From a virus (lineage: Duplodnaviria; Caudoviricetes): DNA of 56,223 nucleotides. The DNA lies in IMG/VR virus record IMGVR_UViG_3300006735_000039, positions 1-56,223 of that record; one strand, 5' to 3'. Positions 30,403 to 39,609 of this stretch are shown here, one piece after another. The position numbers were made by a program, and so were the translations under genes. Each line of letters starts with the position of its first letter. The stretch's first letter is position 1. Below the pieces are notes generated by a model. That model was not told where the DNA came from. It did not search any database and saw only the letters and a list, made by a program, of their open reading frames with translations.

Positions 30403-31467
30403 ATGATACGAGCTATAACTTATATATTTAAGGTACTATTTTTTGTATATATAATATCACTTATCTTAGTATCTACCTCTGCTTTTGGTCAGGGGATTAA
30501 GAAGGCTGTAAAGTTTTCTACATTTTATGTAGCTGCAAATGGTGGAACATCTCTTTCTGATAGGGATGTTTTTTCTGTTACAGACCAATTATCTAAAGAT
30601 ATAATAGAAACTCCTTATGATTACTCACTTACAGCAGGTATTAGAAAAATTAAAAGGTTCCAGTATGAGGCTACTAGTCCGTTTAAAGATGGCACTGAAA
30701 CGACATACAGTGATGCTGCTACTATTGGCTTATCTCCTTTTGAGTATTTATTTGAAATAGACTACAGAAGACAGGAAGGTATAGAGTATATAGACCAAAC
30801 GCACTTTATAAGATACGTAGAAAACTATTGGCTTGCTAAAGCTGAGTATGTTTTGGATGGGTTTGCAGATGTAGAGTATTTTGAGGTTACTCAAAGATTT
30901 AGAGTGAGAGGTAAAAATAAATTATCCTTTAACATAGGAGCAATACAAAGGCTTTCAGAACCTTACGGTTACGACCCTTTAGCTGATTGGATTCTTTCTA
31001 ATGGAAACCTACACTATACTCAGTTGGCGATTGAGGAAGGGTACAGCGTAGATGTTTACGATAACCAATACATGAATCCAGATGGAGACATGGTAGCCAC
31101 AAGCTCTGATGTTTGGAGGGAGATAGTGATACCACAGGTGTTATCAGATTACACTGAAAGAAAGAGAAATGAGCTTGATAATCAGTGGGTTAACTCTATA
31201 GTTTTAGGTTTTGATTACTACACATATAGCAAAAACTTTTGGTTACACTCTTGGGGTAATCTTATCCCATATCACTATGATGACGGAAGCCAATATTCTT
31301 ACCACAACTTCAACAACGGAGAGCAGTGGTATGATTACTCTGGCGGTCTGATATTTGGTTTGAAAATTACAAAACATTTAGGTACTTTTGTAGAAGGTAA
31401 ATACCACAAGTATTGGAACAGAGAGTGGTATGACTTTAAACTTGGTGTAAACTATATAATATTTTAA
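30403..31467 (+). CDS. Putative outer-membrane beta-barrel protein
   Basis: 354 aa. Signal peptide (..ILVSTSAFG/Q), aromatic-rich alternating strands, C-terminal YDFKLGVNYIIF ending in Phe like a BAM beta-signal. Confidence 0.6.
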   Translation: MIRAITYIFKVLFFVYIISLILVSTSAFGQGIKKAVKFSTFYVAANGGTSLSDRDVFSVTDQLSKDIIETPYDYSLTAGIRKIKRFQYEATSPFKDGTETTYSDAATIGLSPFEYLFEIDYRRQEGIEYIDQTHFIRYVENYWLAKAEYVLDGFADVEYFEVTQRFRVRGKNKLSFNIGAIQRLSEPYGYDPLADWILSNGNLHYTQLAIEEGYSVDVYDNQYMNPDGDMVATSSDVWREIVIPQVLSDYTERKRNELDNQWVNSIVLGFDYYTYSKNFWLHSWGNLIPYHYDDGSQYSYHNFNNGEQWYDYSGGLIFGLKITKHLGTFVEGKYHKYWNREWYDFKLGVNYIIF

Positions 31468-31468
31468 A

Positions 31469-31741
31469 ATGAAAGAGCTAAATGAAGATACTAGCTTTAA
31501 GATAAGTATTAAAACTTTAGGTGGTATAGCAGCCTTAATCTTCACGCTTGTTGGTATGTGGTTTACATTACAAGCCGACATATCTGAAGCAAAAGAACTT
31601 CCAAAACCTGAAATATCAAAGATGGAATTTGATATGAAAGATGTTAACATACGTCAGTCAATTAAGAATACGGAAAGAAACGTAGAGAAGCTTGAGGAGC
31701 GTATGATTAGAATGGAAGATAAAATTGACGCACTAAGATAA
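31469..31741 (+). CDS. Single-TM coiled-coil protein
   Basis: 90 aa. TM LGGIAALIFTLVGMWFTL followed by a coiled coil. Confidence 0.6.
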   Translation: MKELNEDTSFKISIKTLGGIAALIFTLVGMWFTLQADISEAKELPKPEISKMEFDMKDVNIRQSIKNTERNVEKLEERMIRMEDKIDALR

Positions 31742-32064
31742 TGAGATTTTTACTCAGTATTATTGTAGTATTTATTGCAACGACTTGCTTTGGTCAGGTT
31801 AAGGCTGTACACTTTAATGCTGATTGGAACTCATCTAATAATGTAGAGTGGTTCAACAAGTTAGGGGATTGTGATAAACAATCTTTGCTAATTGAAGATA
31901 AAGATTACCAATCTAAATATCAAATAGCAGTTGTTCCGACTATAATAATATTTGATGAAGGAGAAGAGGTTAGGCGTTTTCAAGCAGACATAAGTTTTTC
32001 TATGGTTGCGACAAGAAAAGAAATACAAAGTTATATTGACGAACTAATTATAAGCAAATTTTAA
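31741..32064 (+). CDS. Secreted thioredoxin-fold protein lacking CxxC
   Basis: 107 aa. Signal peptide, VHFNADWN in place of FxAxWCxxC, YQIAVVPTIIIFDEGEEVRRF thioredoxin C-terminal motif. Confidence 0.65.
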   Translation: MRFLLSIIVVFIATTCFGQVKAVHFNADWNSSNNVEWFNKLGDCDKQSLLIEDKDYQSKYQIAVVPTIIIFDEGEEVRRFQADISFSMVATRKEIQSYIDELIISKF

Positions 32065-32065
32065 A

Positions 32066-32818
32066 ATGAAGTTAGGATTAAATAACAACTTAGTTACTCC
32101 AAATGTTGGAGCTGTTGGCGCAGGATTTTCCTTAGATTCAATCAGTGATTTAGAGGCTTGGTATAAGTTTGATACCAATATAACATTGAATGGTTCTAAT
32201 GTTTCTGAATGGGGAGATAGTAGTGGCAATGGTAATGATTTAACACAGAGTACAGCCTCTGACCAACCTGCTTATAACTCAGGAGACATACATTTTGACG
32301 AGACAAACGACAACATGGTTATGGACACAATGCTGACACTTACAGCTAGCGATGGATTTACGGTATTAGCTGTTATATCAACAGATGATGATAATATTAA
32401 TAATCAAACACTATTTAGCGGAGCAGATAGTGTTGGAGCTGGTGCTGATAATGGAAGAAACTTTTTTAGGTACGACTTATCTTTATGGAGGTTTCGCCCA
32501 GAATCTGGTAGTGCTAGTCAACAAACAATAACCCACGATTTGGTTGATGGAGAAAAGTTTTTACTTACTTTAATCGGTAGCAACTCTAGTGGCACTTTTA
32601 ATTTTGCAATTAGAGATAATGGAACTGCTATAGGTAATGCTGACTTACCATCATCTACAGGTTCAGACACGTTTAAGTTAAATGTAATAGGAGACCATAA
32701 TCAAACAAATCAACTTTGGGATGGTAAAATTTCAGAGTTTGTTGTTTATAGTAACAACCTAACTGGAGCTGACCTGACAAACGCAGAAGATGATTTAATG
32801 ACTAGACACGGACTATAA
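32066..32818 (+). CDS. Concanavalin A/LamG-like lectin domain protein (tail fibre-associated)
   Basis: 250 aa. LEAWYKFD, VSEWGDSSGNGNDLTQ, WDGKISEFVVYS motifs. Confidence 0.75.
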   Translation: MKLGLNNNLVTPNVGAVGAGFSLDSISDLEAWYKFDTNITLNGSNVSEWGDSSGNGNDLTQSTASDQPAYNSGDIHFDETNDNMVMDTMLTLTASDGFTVLAVISTDDDNINNQTLFSGADSVGAGADNGRNFFRYDLSLWRFRPESGSASQQTITHDLVDGEKFLLTLIGSNSSGTFNFAIRDNGTAIGNADLPSSTGSDTFKLNVIGDHNQTNQLWDGKISEFVVYSNNLTGADLTNAEDDLMTRHGL

Positions 32819-33054
32819 TGAAATACTTTAGAGGAACACAGCAACAATGTTTAGATTTAGCTAGTGATATGGATGCGTTTTTTAAGTACCCAAATCTAAG
32901 CACCAAAACAACAACTACTAGTGAAGTACTAGAGATACCAAGTACATCTGAATACTGTATATGTGTACCTGATAGCTATCTTACTCAGATGACTAGTGAA
33001 GAGATAAAATCTCTATTAGAAGAAAGACCTTCTGAATTAGATTATAAGGAATAA
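32818..33054 (+). CDS. Hypothetical protein
   Basis: 78 aa, coupled to the LamG gene. Confidence 0.5.
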   Translation: MKYFRGTQQQCLDLASDMDAFFKYPNLSTKTTTTSEVLEIPSTSEYCICVPDSYLTQMTSEEIKSLLEERPSELDYKE

Positions 33055-33069
33055 TAAAGATTATTTATA

Positions 33070-35292
33070 ATGAATAAGTTTACAAAGTTTTTGTACGCAC
33101 TACTTATAGCTATTGTCTTTACTGCATCTACGGTGTTTGGACAATGTCCTAACGGAACATATCTAGATATAGTTATTAATCCAGACCAATATCCAGAAGA
33201 AACTTCATGGGCTATATTAGACGACAACTTAGATACTATAGTTGCTGGCGGTCCTTATGATAATATAGTTGATTACTCACCACAAGTCACACAACTATGT
33301 GTGCCTAATGGTGATTACGAATTTGTAGTGAGTGATGGATACGGAGATGGTATGCAAGGTAGTTTGTGGGGCGGACAAGATGGCTCGTACTACTTAATAA
33401 GATGTAATGATACAATAGTTGAAATGGACTCAGCTAATTTTGGGTTTGCTTCTTATCATGAATTTACAGTAGAAGACTGTGCGCCTCCTCCACCTATATA
33501 TGGTTGCATGGATAACAACTTTGTAGAGTTTTTACCAATAGCAACAGTAGATACAGGTATGTGCTTGACTCCCAGGGTGTTTGGATGCACTGACTCTTTA
33601 GCTTACAATTACGTAGACTCTGCTAATACCGACATACTAATAGATAGTTGTACACATATACTAGAGCTTACAGATTTAGCTGGTAACGGTTGGGCTGGAG
33701 CATACCTACAAGTGTTTCAAGGTAACAACTTTTTAGGTATATTTACTCTTGATGATGGTTTTGATACTACGTTTACATTTGAGTTAAGCATAACAGAGCC
33801 TATCAGTGTTAAGTTTAACATAACGCAACAGTCACAGTTTACATCAGTACAGTGCGGATATAGTGTATACTCTGAGGAGCATGTAGCTATTGACGCTCCA
33901 GGAGGATTTGCTAGTCCTCTAGTTCCTTTTGTAATAGTTAATGGAATGCCTTACTGTGGTGATGATTGTATAGAAAGAACTTATGGATGTATAGATAGTC
34001 TTGCGGTAAACTACAACGACACAGTAAATACAGATGACGGAAGCTGTTATTACAATCCAGGATGTACTAATCCTATATATTTAGAGTATGATGCTTCTTA
34101 TGATTATGATGACGGCTCCTGCAACACTTTAGTGGTGCTAGGATGCATGGATAGTACAGCATATAATTACGACCCTTTAGCAAATGTAGAGATAGCTGGG
34201 TCTTGCGTACCCTACGTGTATGGATGCATGGATGTAACAATGTTTAACTATGACCCTTTAGCCACAGCGTCAGACACTTGCATATCTTATGTATATGGAT
34301 GTACAGATGCTAGTATGTTTAATTATAATATACTTGCAAATACTGACAATGGTAGCTGCATACCATTTACATATGGTTGTACTGACTCAACACAATTTAA
34401 TTACGACCCTGTAGCTAACACCGACAACGGCTCTTGTATTTCCTATGTATACGGATGTACTGAAGTTGTGGCTTTAAACTACAACCCACTAGCCAACACC
34501 AATGATGGTAGCTGCATTTATCCCGTTCCAGGATGCACCGACTCTACGGCTTTTAATTATGAACCTGCCGCCAATGTTGATGATGGTTCGTGTATAGCTG
34601 TAATTTTAGGATGCACAGATGCTACTGCATTTAACTACAATTTATTGGCTAACACTGATGATGGTTCTTGTACTCCTGTAATATTTGGATGTACAGACAA
34701 CACTATGTTTAATTATGAACCTAACGCTAACACAGACAATGGAAGCTGTATACCATTTATTTATGGATGTACTGATACCACAGCTATTAACTACAATGCA
34801 ATGGCTAACTATACGCCTGATAGCTCTTGGTGTATTTATCCTATGCCTGGGTGTACTGACGCAACCGCTATTAATTACAATCCGTCAGCTAACATGGAGG
34901 ACTCTACTTGCTACTATTCTGCTGGCTGCAACGTTGGTGATATATATTATGTGCCTAACGAGTGTTTTGAATGGGTGATTGATGTTGACCCGTATTGCTG
35001 TGATAACACATGGGATGCGACATGTGAAGCTCTTTATGCTTATTGTGTAGATGGGTGGTCAGGTCCAACAGATATTTCAATGTATGAAAGGTCTGCACTT
35101 ATACCATACCCTAACCCAACAAGAGACTACATAAACTTTACTGAAAAGGTAGATGTATTGGTGATAGACAACTTAGGTAGCAACCATGTTTACTATAAGA
35201 ATACTAAAAGGATAAAACTAGATAAAGGAATAAACTACCTAAAGGTTACTAAAGACAAAGTAAACTTTACAACAATAATAATTGTTCAGTAA
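33070..35292 (+). CDS. Secreted Cys-rich repeat protein with T9SS C-terminal sorting domain-like tail
   Basis: 740 aa. Signal peptide (..ASTVFG/Q), 14 GC(T/M/I)D-type repeats, C-terminal PYPNPTRDYINF..KGINYLKV..TTIIIVQ resembling a type A Por/T9SS CTD. Confidence 0.75.
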   Translation: MNKFTKFLYALLIAIVFTASTVFGQCPNGTYLDIVINPDQYPEETSWAILDDNLDTIVAGGPYDNIVDYSPQVTQLCVPNGDYEFVVSDGYGDGMQGSLWGGQDGSYYLIRCNDTIVEMDSANFGFASYHEFTVEDCAPPPPIYGCMDNNFVEFLPIATVDTGMCLTPRVFGCTDSLAYNYVDSANTDILIDSCTHILELTDLAGNGWAGAYLQVFQGNNFLGIFTLDDGFDTTFTFELSITEPISVKFNITQQSQFTSVQCGYSVYSEEHVAIDAPGGFASPLVPFVIVNGMPYCGDDCIERTYGCIDSLAVNYNDTVNTDDGSCYYNPGCTNPIYLEYDASYDYDDGSCNTLVVLGCMDSTAYNYDPLANVEIAGSCVPYVYGCMDVTMFNYDPLATASDTCISYVYGCTDASMFNYNILANTDNGSCIPFTYGCTDSTQFNYDPVANTDNGSCISYVYGCTEVVALNYNPLANTNDGSCIYPVPGCTDSTAFNYEPAANVDDGSCIAVILGCTDATAFNYNLLANTDDGSCTPVIFGCTDNTMFNYEPNANTDNGSCIPFIYGCTDTTAINYNAMANYTPDSSWCIYPMPGCTDATAINYNPSANMEDSTCYYSAGCNVGDIYYVPNECFEWVIDVDPYCCDNTWDATCEALYAYCVDGWSGPTDISMYERSALIPYPNPTRDYINFTEKVDVLVIDNLGSNHVYYKNTKRIKLDKGINYLKVTKDKVNFTTIIIVQ
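33985..34915 (+). repeat. Tandem ~78-nt (26-aa) intragenic repeats
   Basis: Twelve consecutive GCTDxxAxNYxPxANxDxGSC-like units. Two more copies lie upstream near 33500 and 33580. Confidence 0.85.
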
Positions 35293-35294
35293 CA

Positions 35295-35615
35295 ATGGCT
35301 AACTATAAATACTACTACGATTACACTAGAAATATGGGGGATAATAAAAAAAAGATTGACTGTTCATGCGAGAGAAGTCTAAAAGAATGTATATGTTTGT
35401 ATTCTGAAGCTGTTCAGATGAGATTGAAGGAGTGGGTTGAAACAAGGACTGCTCAAATGAGTGAGTGTGAAAAGTGTAGTGAAGGTCCTGACTTTGAAAT
35501 ATGGAGTGAGACCCTGCAAAAAATTAGATACTGTGAGGGATGTTGTTGCTGCCAAGATAATTGCGATTCTTATAATTGCTGTGACAACAAGTCAAATAAT
35601 TGTTGCGATTTATAA
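35295..35615 (+). CDS. Cys-rich small hypothetical protein
   Basis: 106 aa with clustered Cys (CSC, CIC, CEKC, CEGCCCC, CC, CC). Confidence 0.55.
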   Translation: MANYKYYYDYTRNMGDNKKKIDCSCERSLKECICLYSEAVQMRLKEWVETRTAQMSECEKCSEGPDFEIWSETLQKIRYCEGCCCCQDNCDSYNCCDNKSNNCCDL

Positions 35616-35881
35616 TGGATGAAGCACTAGCACAACAGTTTGCTATAGAAAGCATGGAGAATGGTTACCTTATTCTCACTGGTAAAGTTAATTTTAACGT
35701 AGAGTTAAGAAAATACTTTAGAGAAGGTCGTATACTACCAGTAAGTTTTGACCCTTCAGACGAGATAACAGAAGAAATAATTAGCAATCACATAGAACAC
35801 TTTGCTCACTATGAGGAATACGAGAAGTGTGCTGAGCTAAAAGAATTATTAGACAATGAAGTTAAAAGTATTAAGATTTAG
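35615..35881 (+). CDS. Hypothetical protein with UVR (UvrB/UvrC)-like C-terminal motif
   Basis: ATG at 35615 overlaps the previous stop. C-terminal EEYEKCAELKE. Confidence 0.55.
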   Translation: MDEALAQQFAIESMENGYLILTGKVNFNVELRKYFREGRILPVSFDPSDEITEEIISNHIEHFAHYEEYEKCAELKELLDNEVKSIKI

Positions 35882-36323
35882 TTCAGAGGCAGACTCTACT
35901 TCTGGATTGCTATTTCAAGAGACAGACCTAGGAATGAGGTTTATGTGCTACACTCTTGAAGACGAGAGAAGAGTATTAAAAGTAAGGGGTGAAACCCGTG
36001 TGCCTGCTGGTACGTATAATATAGAACTAAGAAAAGAAGGAGGATTCCATGATAGATATACTAAGAAATACCCTGGCATACATCGTGGTATGTTGCATAT
36101 CACTGACGTTCCTAACTTTGAGTATATCCTTATTCATACTGGAAACACTGACGAGCATACTGCTGGCTGTCTCATCGTGGGTGATGCACAAGAAAATAAT
36201 CAACTACTTCCTGATGGATTCGTTGGTAAAAGTGTTAATGCGTACAAAAGGATTTATCCAGTCATTGCAAAAGCAATAGCTGATGGTGAAGAAGTTACAA
36301 TAGAATATATAGATTTCGATTAG
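35856..36323 (+). CDS. DUF5675-like protein, candidate endolysin/peptidase
   Basis: 155 aa. CYTLED, ETRVPAGTY, ILIHTGNTDEHTAGCLIVG (HxGN..GC motif). Adjacent to holin. Confidence 0.7.
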   Translation: MKLKVLRFSSEADSTSGLLFQETDLGMRFMCYTLEDERRVLKVRGETRVPAGTYNIELRKEGGFHDRYTKKYPGIHRGMLHITDVPNFEYILIHTGNTDEHTAGCLIVGDAQENNQLLPDGFVGKSVNAYKRIYPVIAKAIADGEEVTIEYIDFD

Positions 36324-36325
36324 TT

Positions 36326-36733
36326 ATGATACAGAATTTGTTAGGAGGAATATTAGGTAAGGTTGTAGATAATGCTGAGGGCATACTAGATGCTGTAATT
36401 ACTACCGACAAGGAGCGTGAAGAGGCGAAGCTGCAACTAAGAAAGGTTTTGTTAGACGCTGAGAAAGAAGCGTTTGCAAAAGAAGTGGAAGACAGAAAGT
36501 CTGCAAGAGACATGTATAAAGATGATGCAATTATTCAAAAAGTATTAGCAACCTTGTTTACTGTTGCATACTTTGGTATTAGTTTTGTTATGTTTAATCA
36601 TTTTGTTTTAGGAGATATAAACTTAGGAGAGTTTGAAATTAGTTTTATTTCCACTATCTTTGGAGCAATGTCAGCAAAGGTAAACACAATAGTAGACTTC
36701 TTCTTTGGAGGTTCTTCAAAAAAAGACAAGTAA
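36326..36733 (+). CDS. Holin (GTA/3TM-like)
   Basis: 135 aa. EVEDRKSARDM followed by two TM helices and VDFFFGGSS. Confidence 0.7.
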   Translation: MIQNLLGGILGKVVDNAEGILDAVITTDKEREEAKLQLRKVLLDAEKEAFAKEVEDRKSARDMYKDDAIIQKVLATLFTVAYFGISFVMFNHFVLGDINLGEFEISFISTIFGAMSAKVNTIVDFFFGGSSKKDK

Positions 36734-37497
36734 TGAAGGTTCTGCACGCTAACGGTCCCGTAGAAAACACCCACACTGTTGTTGGTCAGAGCGGTCTGAC
36801 TTCACCTGTTAGTGCTGGAGGTGCCAGAATTGTTGTTGTTAGTTCTAATGCAAACGACACGTCTGCTGGAACTGGTGTTCGTGGGTTAACTCTTTCTGGA
36901 TATGACGCTCTTGACTACGTGCAGGAGTCTGTGACAATGAATGGAACAGCAAATGTTACAACAACATCTAGTTTTGATGAGATAGTTGATGTATCTATTT
37001 CTGACAGTGGGGCTAATGGAATCGATGGTGACATAACAATAACTAACGGCTCCAATACACTAGCTAAAATAAAAGCTGACTACGGAAAGATTAATGATGC
37101 CTTTGTGTATTTAGTAAGAAGTCACAGGTTACATTCTATTTGCATATACGGAGACAGTACGGATAGCAACACTATATACGAAATAAGCATAGTGATTAAT
37201 AGTGGTAAAAATGACACTGTAATTTCAACAATATATTGGGATACTGACAAGGATACTCACTCCTATCCTCTTGGCGGCATTGTTGTTAACGGCTCTACGA
37301 CTATGTATGTTAGAGCTAAGAACTTAAAACACAGTGGTCCAGACAATGTTTCTGTAAAACTTTTTTATGAGGTATTTGATTCTAGGCTTGTTATTGACGA
37401 TGAAACTTCGTTACCTATAGAAGACACACGAGCACAAACAGCAAGCTCATTTGGATTGAGCTCTTCTCACGGAGGAAGTGGGGGCTCATCATATTAA
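36733..37497 (+). CDS. Hypothetical beta-rich protein, probably virion-associated
   Basis: 254 aa. SSNANDTSAGTGVR..L.G.D..E.V.MNGT motif seen in phage structural proteins. Confidence 0.5.
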   Translation: MKVLHANGPVENTHTVVGQSGLTSPVSAGGARIVVVSSNANDTSAGTGVRGLTLSGYDALDYVQESVTMNGTANVTTTSSFDEIVDVSISDSGANGIDGDITITNGSNTLAKIKADYGKINDAFVYLVRSHRLHSICIYGDSTDSNTIYEISIVINSGKNDTVISTIYWDTDKDTHSYPLGGIVVNGSTTMYVRAKNLKHSGPDNVSVKLFYEVFDSRLVIDDETSLPIEDTRAQTASSFGLSSSHGGSGGSSY

Positions 37498-37564
37498 AAA
37501 ATACAGCTGCTAGGGAGACAGCTTCTTAATTCTCCCTGTCCTTTTTTTGTTTTTTGTTTGCTGA

Positions 37565-37597
37565 GGGAGCCTATCACTAGATAGGCTTTCCTTTTTT
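37565..37597 (+). terminator. Intrinsic terminator
   Basis: GGGAGCCTATC-ACTA-GATAGGCTTTCC followed by a T-run. Confidence 0.75.
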
Positions 37598-37610
37598 GTT
37601 AATAATTTAG

Positions 37611-37618
37611 TATATTTG
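37611..37618 (+). promoter_or_regulatory. -7 promoter element for the basic microprotein cluster
   Basis: TATATTTG right after the terminator, 5 nt before ATG 37624. Confidence 0.5.
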
Positions 37619-37623
37619 TAGCT

Positions 37624-37749
37624 ATGAAATGTATGTGTCAACATAACAATCAAAGATACTCCAAGGCTCACAGCAAAAGCAGGAAGCTTAGGGTAACTCC
37701 AGACTTAATTATGTTGGTGAGTGCTAAACCTAAAATTAGAAAGAAATGA
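37624..37749 (+). CDS. Basic microprotein (41 aa)
   Basis: MKCMCQHNNQRYSKAHSKSRKLRVTPDLIMLVSAKPKIRKK, translated by hand. Stop overlaps the next ATG. Confidence 0.5.
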   Translation: MKCMCQHNNQRYSKAHSKSRKLRVTPDLIMLVSAKPKIRKK

Positions 37750-37826
37750 TGTACGGTAAGAAGAAGAAGACGACTAAGAAAAAGACTACTAAAAAGTCTT
37801 ACAAGTCTTCGGTTAAGAAAAAGTAA
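37746..37826 (+). CDS. Lys-rich micropeptide (26 aa)
   Basis: MMYGKKKKTTKKKTTKKSYKSSVKKK, translated by hand. Abuts neighbours on both sides. Confidence 0.5.
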   Translation: MMYGKKKKTTKKKTTKKSYKSSVKKK

Positions 37827-38123
37827 ATGCCTAGGGTAGACAAGTCTAAAATGAAGTGCAACAAGGTCATGAAATCTACACGACCTGGTAAGAAGAAGAT
37901 GGTTAAAGCATGTTCTGGTGGCAAAGAAAAGGTAATCCATTTCGGTGCTACAGGGTATGGTCATAACTATTCTAAGGCTGCACGTAAATCATTTAGAGCT
38001 AGACATAAGTGCGGCTCTGCAAATAATAAGCTTTCAGCTAAGTATTGGGCTTGTAAGCATTTATGGGCTGGACCAGGTGGCTCCACGAAGTCCTCTCCTA
38101 AGTCTAAAAAAGGAAAATACTAG
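37827..38123 (+). CDS. Basic hypothetical protein
   Basis: 98 aa. KVIHFGATGY..RKSFRARHKC..SAKYWAC..W. Confidence 0.7.
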   Translation: MPRVDKSKMKCNKVMKSTRPGKKKMVKACSGGKEKVIHFGATGYGHNYSKAARKSFRARHKCGSANNKLSAKYWACKHLWAGPGGSTKSSPKSKKGKY

Positions 38124-38417
38124 ATGTCTAAGAAGAGGGACCCAAAGGTAGGCACTGGTAAGAAGCCAAAGGGTAGTGGTAGAAGATTATATACAGACGA
38201 GAATCCAAAGGATACTGTTCGTATAAAGTTTGCAACACCTACTGACGCTAGGGCTACTGTAGCAAAGGTTAAGAGAATAAGAAAACCATTTGCTAGAAAG
38301 ATACAGATACTAACTGTTGGTGAGCAGAGAGCTAAGGTTATGGGAAAGACCCAGGTAGTTAGTATATTTAAGAAGGGCAAGGAAGCCATTCGTAAAAAAC
38401 ACAATAAGAAAAAGTAA
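38124..38417 (+). CDS. Basic hypothetical protein
   Basis: 97 aa. KDPKVGTGKKPKGSGRRLYTDENPKDTV-type N-terminus. Confidence 0.7.
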   Translation: MSKKRDPKVGTGKKPKGSGRRLYTDENPKDTVRIKFATPTDARATVAKVKRIRKPFARKIQILTVGEQRAKVMGKTQVVSIFKKGKEAIRKKHNKKK

Positions 38418-38575
38418 TGGCTAAAGACGCTTGTTATCATAAAGTAAAAAAGAGATACAAAGTATTCCCATCAGCTTACGCTAGTGGGGCTATTGCTAAA
38501 TGTCGTAAGGTGGGTGCTGCCAACTGGGGCAACTCAAAGACTACTAAGAATAAAAGAAAAAAGAAAAGAAAATAA
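38417..38575 (+). CDS. Basic microprotein (52 aa)
   Basis: MAKDACYHKVKKRYKVFPSAYASGAIAKCRKVGAANWGNSKTTKNKRKKKRK. TAATG coupling at both ends. Confidence 0.7.
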   Translation: MAKDACYHKVKKRYKVFPSAYASGAIAKCRKVGAANWGNSKTTKNKRKKKRK

Positions 38576-38733
38576 TGGCTAAGAAATTTAAAAAACACAT
38601 GATGTATCATCCAAAGACTGGGGTTGGAGCTATGGCTAAGACAATGGATGACCATTTACGAATGAAGAGAATGGGGTATACTCACTCTGAGCCTAATAAG
38701 AAAATGACTAGGACTTCCAAGTCATCATACTAA
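38575..38733 (+). CDS. Basic microprotein (52 aa)
   Basis: MAKKFKKHMMYHPKTGVGAMAKTMDDHLRMKRMGYTHSEPNKKMTRTSKSSY, translated by hand. Confidence 0.65.
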   Translation: MAKKFKKHMMYHPKTGVGAMAKTMDDHLRMKRMGYTHSEPNKKMTRTSKSSY

Positions 38734-38745
38734 AATATTTTAAAT

Positions 38746-38862
38746 ATGAAAAAGTTAAGTCCTAAACAAATGAAGATTGCTAAAGTAGCTCCTCCTTATA
38801 CCGTGTTAAACGAGAAGGACTTAGCTATTCTTAGGGGTAAGAAAAAAAGAAAGAAAAAATAA
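38746..38862 (+). CDS. Basic microprotein (38 aa)
   Basis: MKKLSPKQMKIAKVAPPYTVLNEKDLAILRGKKKRKKK, translated by hand. Confidence 0.6.
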   Translation: MKKLSPKQMKIAKVAPPYTVLNEKDLAILRGKKKRKKK

Positions 38863-38880
38863 TATATAAAATAAACAACA

Positions 38881-39354
38881 ATGGCAAGTAGATTAACGGC
38901 TGGAACATTAACGGTCACTATATCAGAAGGGTTGACAATAGCTCACTCTGACACAACAAATAATATCAAACACAATAAGACTGTAACAGCTTCGATTACA
39001 GGTGTTGCTAACATTAGCAGTAGAGTATACCAGCTAAAAGCTAGTACAACTCACACTTTAATATCCTTCGCATCAGACCCGACAAGTGGAAAGTTTGATA
39101 CAGAGGATTTTAAGTATATGCGTATCACAAACTTAGACGACACTAACGCAGTAAACTTATGCTTTACTGACGCATCAGATGCAGCTATAGCTGTTCAGCT
39201 AAACCCTGGTCAAAGCTACCTTGTTACTGCTTTAAACATGGATGGAAATGCTAGTGGTTCAACCATAACTAGCTGCCCTCACTTTGTAGAGAATGCAGTT
39301 ATAATAACTGGCGGAGCTGAAACTGATGTAGAAATAGTAGTAGCTACTGCTTAA
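38881..39354 (+). CDS. Hypothetical beta-sandwich protein, possibly structural
   Basis: 157 aa, Thr/Ala/Ser-rich. KYMRITNLDDTNAV motif. Confidence 0.55.
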   Translation: MASRLTAGTLTVTISEGLTIAHSDTTNNIKHNKTVTASITGVANISSRVYQLKASTTHTLISFASDPTSGKFDTEDFKYMRITNLDDTNAVNLCFTDASDAAIAVQLNPGQSYLVTALNMDGNASGSTITSCPHFVENAVIITGGAETDVEIVVATA

Positions 39355-39356
39355 TA

Positions 39357-39608
39357 ATGGCTGTTAGAAAAACAAAGAAAGGTCTAGCTCTTAAGCGTTG
39401 GTTCAAAGAAAAGTGGGTTGACGAAAAGGGTAATGCTTGTGGTTCTGCAAAGAATAAGAATACCAAGAAGTGCAGACCTAGTAAAAAGGTTTCTAAAGAT
39501 ACGCCTGTAACCTGGAAGGAGTTAAGTCCTGCGCAAAGGAGAAAGGCTATAGCTGATAAGAAAAGAACAGGAATGGGTAAGAGGGCTAAGTCTATACGTA
39601 GAAAATAA
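39357..39608 (+). CDS. Basic hypothetical protein
   Basis: 83 aa. LKRWFKEKWVD..CG..CRPSKKVSKDTP.T. Confidence 0.7.
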   Translation: MAVRKTKKGLALKRWFKEKWVDEKGNACGSAKNKNTKKCRPSKKVSKDTPVTWKELSPAQRRKAIADKKRTGMGKRAKSIRRK

Positions 39609-39609
39609 C

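Noticed and set aside
33985-34915. Repeats as template/variable regions of a diversity-generating retroelement
   Set aside because: No reverse transcriptase gene was recognised. Differences between units are not adenine-specific and fit ordinary protein repeats.
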